64,000 bases of DNA, taken from the NCBI GenBank assembly GCA_949288175.1, contig CASEIV010000012.1:15616-79615 (forward strand), in the 5' to 3' direction. The notes under the pieces were generated by a model, which made no database searches, was not told where the DNA came from, and saw nothing but the letters and a program-made list of their open reading frames with translations. Every line of letters starts with the position of its first letter. Positions within the stretch are counted from its first letter, which is position 1. Positions 59,584-64,000 of the stretch are shown here, in pieces. This DNA comes from an uncultured Eubacteriales bacterium. Lineage in GTDB: Bacteria; Bacillota; Clostridia; TANB77; CAG-508. Position numbers and translations under genes: made by a program.

Positions 59584-60177
59584 ATGTTTGAAAACATAAT
59601 GAAATTCTTTAATAAATTAAGAAAAAAGGAAGAAAAAACAGCACCAAATTCAAAAGAAGCTGCTAAAGAAAGATTACATTTAGTTCTTATGCAAGATAGA
59701 GCAAATGTTTCAGCAGATTTCTTAGAATTAATGAAACAAGAAATTATAGAAGTTATCAAAAAATATATAGATATAGATGAAGGGGCAATAGATGTTAGAC
59801 TAACTAATAAAGAAAATGAAGATGGTACAAATGGAGCTCCAGCTTTATATGCGAACATTCCAATCTTAAATATAAAAAATGAAGTAAGAAAAATGGAGAA
59901 AAAACAAGAGGAACTAGAGGAAGATAAACAAGAACAATCTAAAAACCAAAATAAAGAAGATATAGAACAAAGTGAAACAGAAAAAGAAACAAAAATAGAA
60001 ATGGAGAAGCAGAAAGATAAAACAGAAGAAACTAAGAGAGACAATGACAAAACAGAAAATAGCGATGAAGATGAAATAGAAGATAAAAATGAAATTCAAG
60101 AAATAGACAAACAAGAAGATATAGATTCAGAAAATAAACAAGATATTGCAGAAGAAAAAGAAACAAAAGAAGATTAA
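59584..60177 (+). CDS. minE: Cell division topological specificity factor MinE with a ~110-aa acidic low-complexity C-terminal extension
   Basis: The N-terminal 85 aa (MFENIMKFFNKL...RLHLVLMQDR...IDVRLT) are canonical MinE. They are followed by E/K/D-rich sequence running to the stop. Confidence 0.8.
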   Translation: MFENIMKFFNKLRKKEEKTAPNSKEAAKERLHLVLMQDRANVSADFLELMKQEIIEVIKKYIDIDEGAIDVRLTNKENEDGTNGAPALYANIPILNIKNEVRKMEKKQEELEEDKQEQSKNQNKEDIEQSETEKETKIEMEKQKDKTEETKRDNDKTENSDEDEIEDKNEIQEIDKQEDIDSENKQDIAEEKETKED

Positions 60178-60218
60178 CCTAGTTGTATACGGAAAAATTT
60201 TATATAGGGGCAAGATGA

Positions 60219-61373
60219 ATGCTTCATGATTCCTATACGATAAAAAATGGAAAAAAGAGTGATTTAATGAGAAAAAGAGAATTGAAAAATATGGAGTGGG
60301 GAATTTTAATTACTGCAATTATTCTGTGTGTTATAGGAATAGTTGCATTATTTTCTGCCACACAAGAAACTGAATATGAAGAATTTACAAAACAAATCAT
60401 ATGGTTTGTAGTTAGTTTAATAGCAATGGTAATTGTTATGTTTATAGATTATAACTTGTTGTTAAAAGCATCACCAGTATTATATGGCATATTTATTTTA
60501 CTGTTAATAGGGGTATTATTCACATCTCCAATTAATGGAGCAACAAGTTGGTATAATATATTTGGATTTTCATTTCAACCAGCAGAATTTGATAAAGTAT
60601 TTGTAATATTATTTTTGACGTATACAATTATAAAAATTCAACGCAAAGGGCAAGATGAAATCAATAGACTAACAAGATTGCCAATCGCATTAGCAGTTGT
60701 GGGATTACCAGTTTTGTTAATTGTTATGCAGCCTGACTATGGAACAGCATTAGCATACATTGTTGCAATGGCATTAATGTTATTCTCAGCAGGTCTAGAT
60801 AAAAAATATATTATAGGAACGATTTTATTAATTATCATTGCAGTTCCATTATTATATAATTTTGTATTACCAGAACATGCTAAAGCAAGAATTGATGTAT
60901 TTTTAAATCCAGAATCAGATCCTAGAGGAGCTGGATATAACATTATTCAATCCAAAATTGCTATAGGTTCAGGTGGACTAACAGGAATGGGAATCTTAAA
61001 AGGAAATCAAACACAATTAGGATTTTTATATCCAAAAACAACAGACTTTATTTATTCTGTTATTGGAGAAGAAATGGGCTTTATTGTAGCAGGTGGTATT
61101 ATTTTATTATATGTATATTTGATAACCAAATGTATTTATATTGCCAAAACTGCAAAAGATAAAGCAGGTTCTTTAATTGCTATTGGAATTACAGGAATAT
61201 TCATATTCCATGTATTAGAAAATATAGGAATGGTTATGGGATTATTACCAATAACAGGAGTACCACTACCTTTTGTTAGTTATGGAGGAAGCTCTTTGAT
61301 TACAAACTTTATATGTATAGGTTTATTATTAAATATTAGTGGTAAAAGACAAAAAACAATATTTGTACAATAA
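60219..61373 (+). CDS. rodA: SEDS-family peptidoglycan glycosyltransferase (RodA/FtsW)
   Basis: Multi-TM protein with 'PDYGTAL' and a C-terminal 'GGSS' motif, positioned after minE. Confidence 0.8.
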   Translation: MLHDSYTIKNGKKSDLMRKRELKNMEWGILITAIILCVIGIVALFSATQETEYEEFTKQIIWFVVSLIAMVIVMFIDYNLLLKASPVLYGIFILLLIGVLFTSPINGATSWYNIFGFSFQPAEFDKVFVILFLTYTIIKIQRKGQDEINRLTRLPIALAVVGLPVLLIVMQPDYGTALAYIVAMALMLFSAGLDKKYIIGTILLIIIAVPLLYNFVLPEHAKARIDVFLNPESDPRGAGYNIIQSKIAIGSGGLTGMGILKGNQTQLGFLYPKTTDFIYSVIGEEMGFIVAGGIILLYVYLITKCIYIAKTAKDKAGSLIAIGITGIFIFHVLENIGMVMGLLPITGVPLPFVSYGGSSLITNFICIGLLLNISGKRQKTIFVQ

Positions 61374-61380
61374 ACAGAAT

Positions 61381-61600
61381 TACAGTTCAGTGTAGAATGC
61401 TTGCATATTTATTTTTATAAATTCCTCGGCTCAATACAAATGACAAGAAATTCTAAAATAATTTTATGGCACCCTTTCACTTAGTCCTCGCTACGCTCGA
61501 CGCGAACATTTTCCATAAAATTATTTAAGAATTTCTAATCATTCTTCAATCACATTCGTCATTTATAAAAATAAATATGCAAGCATTCTATACTGAATTG
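61381..61600. repeat. Nested palindromic element, family B copy 2 (arms TACAGTTCAGTGTAGAATGCTTGCATATTTATTTTT / reverse complement)
   Basis: Outer IR of about 36 bp. The interior is homologous to 4111-4291. Confidence 0.8.
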
Positions 61601-61663
61601 TATTAAGTATATAGTTATTTCTTGTTAGATAGATGAAAATATATATGTTTTATACGAGGAGAA

Positions 61664-62641
61664 ATGATGCGTTATATAAAAAAATTAAAAATAGGAAATG
61701 TAGAATTAGAAAATAATTTCATATTAGCACCTATGGCAGGTGTTACCAATAGACCATTTAGAATGATATGCAAAGAATATGGAGTAGGAATGGTTTGCAC
61801 AGAAATGGCAAGTGCAAGAGCAATGTTTCACAATGATTTAAAAACCAAGAGATTATTAAATACAGATGGGGAAAAAAGACCAATTAGTATGCAAATCTTT
61901 GGAAGTGATGAAGAATCAATGGCATATGCAGCAGAACATGTAAGTGAAATTGCAGATATTCTAGATATTAATATGGGCTGCCCTGCACCAAAAGTTGTAA
62001 AAAACGGTGATGGTAGTAAATTATTATTAGATTTAGAAAAAGCAGAAAGTATTTTGAAAACAGTGATAGCACATTCAAAAGTTCCAGTTACGTTAAAAAT
62101 TAGAAAAGGATGGGATAAAGAAAATATTGTAGCGGTAGAGATGGCAAAAATAGCAGAATCAGTTGGCATATCTGCAATAACTATTCATGGAAGAACAAGA
62201 AGTGAGTTTTATACAGGAAAAGCAGATTTAGATATTATAAAACAAGTAAAAGAAAGTGTTCATATTCCTGTCATTGGAAATGGAGATGTGGTAGATGGTG
62301 AAACAGCAAAAAGAATGTTTGAATATACTGGCGTAGATGGAATTATGATAGGAAGAGGAACTTTTGGAAGACCATGGATATTTAAAGAAATAATGGAATA
62401 TTTAGAAACTGGTAAAAAAATGGAGGAACCAACCAATCAAGAAAAATTAGAGATTATAGAAAAACATATAGACTTAGCAGTAGAAGAAAAAGGAGAGATA
62501 GCTGTTAAGGAACTTAGAAAACATATTGCATGGTATACGAAAAATCTGAAAAATTCAAGTGAATTTAGAAATTCTATTAATAAAATAGAAATAAAAGAGG
62601 AGTTAATCAATAAAATAGAAGAATATTTTAAAAGTCTCTAG
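61664..62641 (+). CDS. dusB: tRNA-dihydrouridine synthase
   Basis: 'LAPMAGVTNRPFRMICKEYG', FMN-binding TIM barrel pattern. Confidence 0.85.
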   Translation: MMRYIKKLKIGNVELENNFILAPMAGVTNRPFRMICKEYGVGMVCTEMASARAMFHNDLKTKRLLNTDGEKRPISMQIFGSDEESMAYAAEHVSEIADILDINMGCPAPKVVKNGDGSKLLLDLEKAESILKTVIAHSKVPVTLKIRKGWDKENIVAVEMAKIAESVGISAITIHGRTRSEFYTGKADLDIIKQVKESVHIPVIGNGDVVDGETAKRMFEYTGVDGIMIGRGTFGRPWIFKEIMEYLETGKKMEEPTNQEKLEIIEKHIDLAVEEKGEIAVKELRKHIAWYTKNLKNSSEFRNSINKIEIKEELINKIEEYFKSL

Positions 62642-62660
62642 AATAAGATGTAGCAAAGAT

Positions 62661-62723
62661 ACAGTTCAGTGTCTAATTCCTCGGAAGTATATATATACCT
62701 TCGAGGAATTAGACACTGAACAG
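62661..62723. repeat. Simple palindrome ACAGTTCAGTGTCTAATTCCTCGGAAG-TATATATA-CCTTCGAGGAATTAGACACTGAACAG (terminator-like; an 'empty shell' of the nested elements)
   Basis: The roughly 27-bp arms were read directly. The motifs ACAGTTCAG, AATTCCTCGG and GGAAGGTATATATA recur in families A, B and C. Confidence 0.75.
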
Positions 62724-62756
62724 AAACTTGCTTGTATTTATTAGGAGGCTTTTTTT

Positions 62757-63365
62757 TTGAATAGAAATAACATATTAAAAAAAATCATCATCATAATGAG
62801 TATCATTGTCATTTTTTTTGCTATATTTTTTTATATAACTAAGAGTAAAAAAATAAAAATTGGAAATAATAGTAGTAGTCAAGAAATAATTGAAAATATT
62901 TTAAATATTAGTTCATATGAAACTGTTATAGAAGTAGAAGTCAATAGTAATAAAAATGTCAATAAATATATAATAAAACAAACCTACATAGCACCAGATA
63001 TGGCAGAACAAGAAATATTAGAACCTGAGAATATACGAGGCATAAAAATTATGAAAAAAGGGAATGAATTAAAGGTGGAAAATAGCAATTTAAATATATC
63101 AAAAATATATAACGATTATCCACACATGATAGATAATTGTATAGATTTAAACACCTTTATAGAAATATATAAACAAAATGGAAAACAAGAATATGAGGAA
63201 GAAGATAATGAAATTATATTAGAAACAGTGGATAAAGAAAACCCATATACAACATATAGAATATTATATATCAGTAAAGAAACAGGAAAACCTACTAAGA
63301 TGGAAATAAAAGATAATAGCAAAAAAACATTAAGTTACATATTATATAAAGAAGTAAAGTTTTAA
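62757..63365 (+). CDS. Hypothetical membrane-anchored protein (N-terminal TM), TTG start
   Basis: An ORF preceded by AGGAGG. No family was recognised. Confidence 0.4.
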   Translation: MNRNNILKKIIIIMSIIVIFFAIFFYITKSKKIKIGNNSSSQEIIENILNISSYETVIEVEVNSNKNVNKYIIKQTYIAPDMAEQEILEPENIRGIKIMKKGNELKVENSNLNISKIYNDYPHMIDNCIDLNTFIEIYKQNGKQEYEEEDNEIILETVDKENPYTTYRILYISKETGKPTKMEIKDNSKKTLSYILYKEVKF

Positions 63366-63478
63366 TAAGAAAAGTATGCATATTAAATCAAAAATTTTTA
63401 TGCATAAATATTAATAAAAACTTTACATGACTAATATTTAAAATAAAACACATACTTGATAATATAACAATATCGGGA

Positions 63479-63838
63479 GTGAAAAAAATGGTAATAAAAA
63501 GAGGAGATATGTTTTATGCAGATTTAAGCCCAGTAGTAGGTTCTGAACAGGGAGGAATTAGACCTGTACTAATTATACAAAATGATTTGGGAAACAAATA
63601 TAGTCCTACAGTTATTGCAGCGGCTATTACTTCACAAACAGGAAAAAATAAATTACCAACACATATAGAAATTGATTCAGAAAGTTGCGGATTAAAAAAT
63701 AATTCAGTTGTTTTAACAGAACAAATACGAACAATAGACAAAAGCCGTTTAAAGGAAAAGATAGGTCATATAGATGATGAAAAAATCATTAATCAAGTAA
63801 ATAATGCGTTAGGAGTAAGCTTTGGGCTAGAAGAATAA
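63479..63838 (+). CDS. mazF: MazF/PemK-family endoribonuclease toxin (EndoA/NdoA-like)
   Basis: '[31 protein letters not shown]...[12 protein letters not shown]...KLPTHIEID...[13 protein letters not shown]' is near-identical in pattern to B. subtilis EndoA. Confidence 0.85.
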   Translation: MKKMVIKRGDMFYADLSPVVGSEQGGIRPVLIIQNDLGNKYSPTVIAAAITSQTGKNKLPTHIEIDSESCGLKNNSVVLTEQIRTIDKSRLKEKIGHIDDEKIINQVNNALGVSFGLEE

Positions 63839-64000
63839 GAACTTTGTTGTCTCTGATAACAAGAAAACCAGAAAAGAGGATTCCATTTTGTTTAAATCCT
63901 CTTTTCTGTTATAGTGAAAAATTAATTTTAATCTTTATTATATAAAAAGGTTTTATACTCTTAATTTTTTAATAACTTTAATTTCTTTGTATAAATTATC

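Overview
This is a low-GC chromosomal segment from a spore-forming Firmicute, probably a Clostridia-class anaerobe. It carries mostly housekeeping genes: rpsI-rplM, rpsT, rpsF-ssb-rpsR, hup, aspS with a T-box leader, smc, minD-minE-rodA, dusB, ppaC, hslO and a P-type Ca-ATPase. Sporulation loci are interleaved: spoIIID, yabG-veg, yunB, a spoVB-like gene, spo0A, and a spoIVFA-like/spoIVFB pair. No rRNA or tRNA genes and no CRISPR array were seen. Things worth a second look:
- At least five families of long nested palindromic intergenic elements. One conserved ~90-nt core sits inside two different palindromic shells. Several shells share an '..GGAAAGG-TATATATA..' centre that looks like an insertion hotspot.
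- A tightly packed operon of a NadM-like nucleotidyltransferase, an archaeal-type cofactor-independent phosphoglycerate-mutase-like protein, and an enolase paralog with altered catalytic residues.
- A translationally coupled operon of an unknown protein, a histidine phosphatase and a 532-aa radical-SAM protein.
- A TagO/WecA-family sugar-phosphate transferase fused in frame to a C-terminal rubredoxin domain, and itself frameshifted near the N-terminus.
- MinE with a ~110-aa acidic tail, and no minC next to minD.
- A MazF/EndoA toxin with no upstream antitoxin.
- An ORF6N gene bracketed by two near-identical hairpins.
- Four genes broken by a frameshift or in-frame stop: a DHH phosphoesterase, sodA, the spoVB-like gene and tagO. 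This suggests either assembly indel errors or real gene decay.
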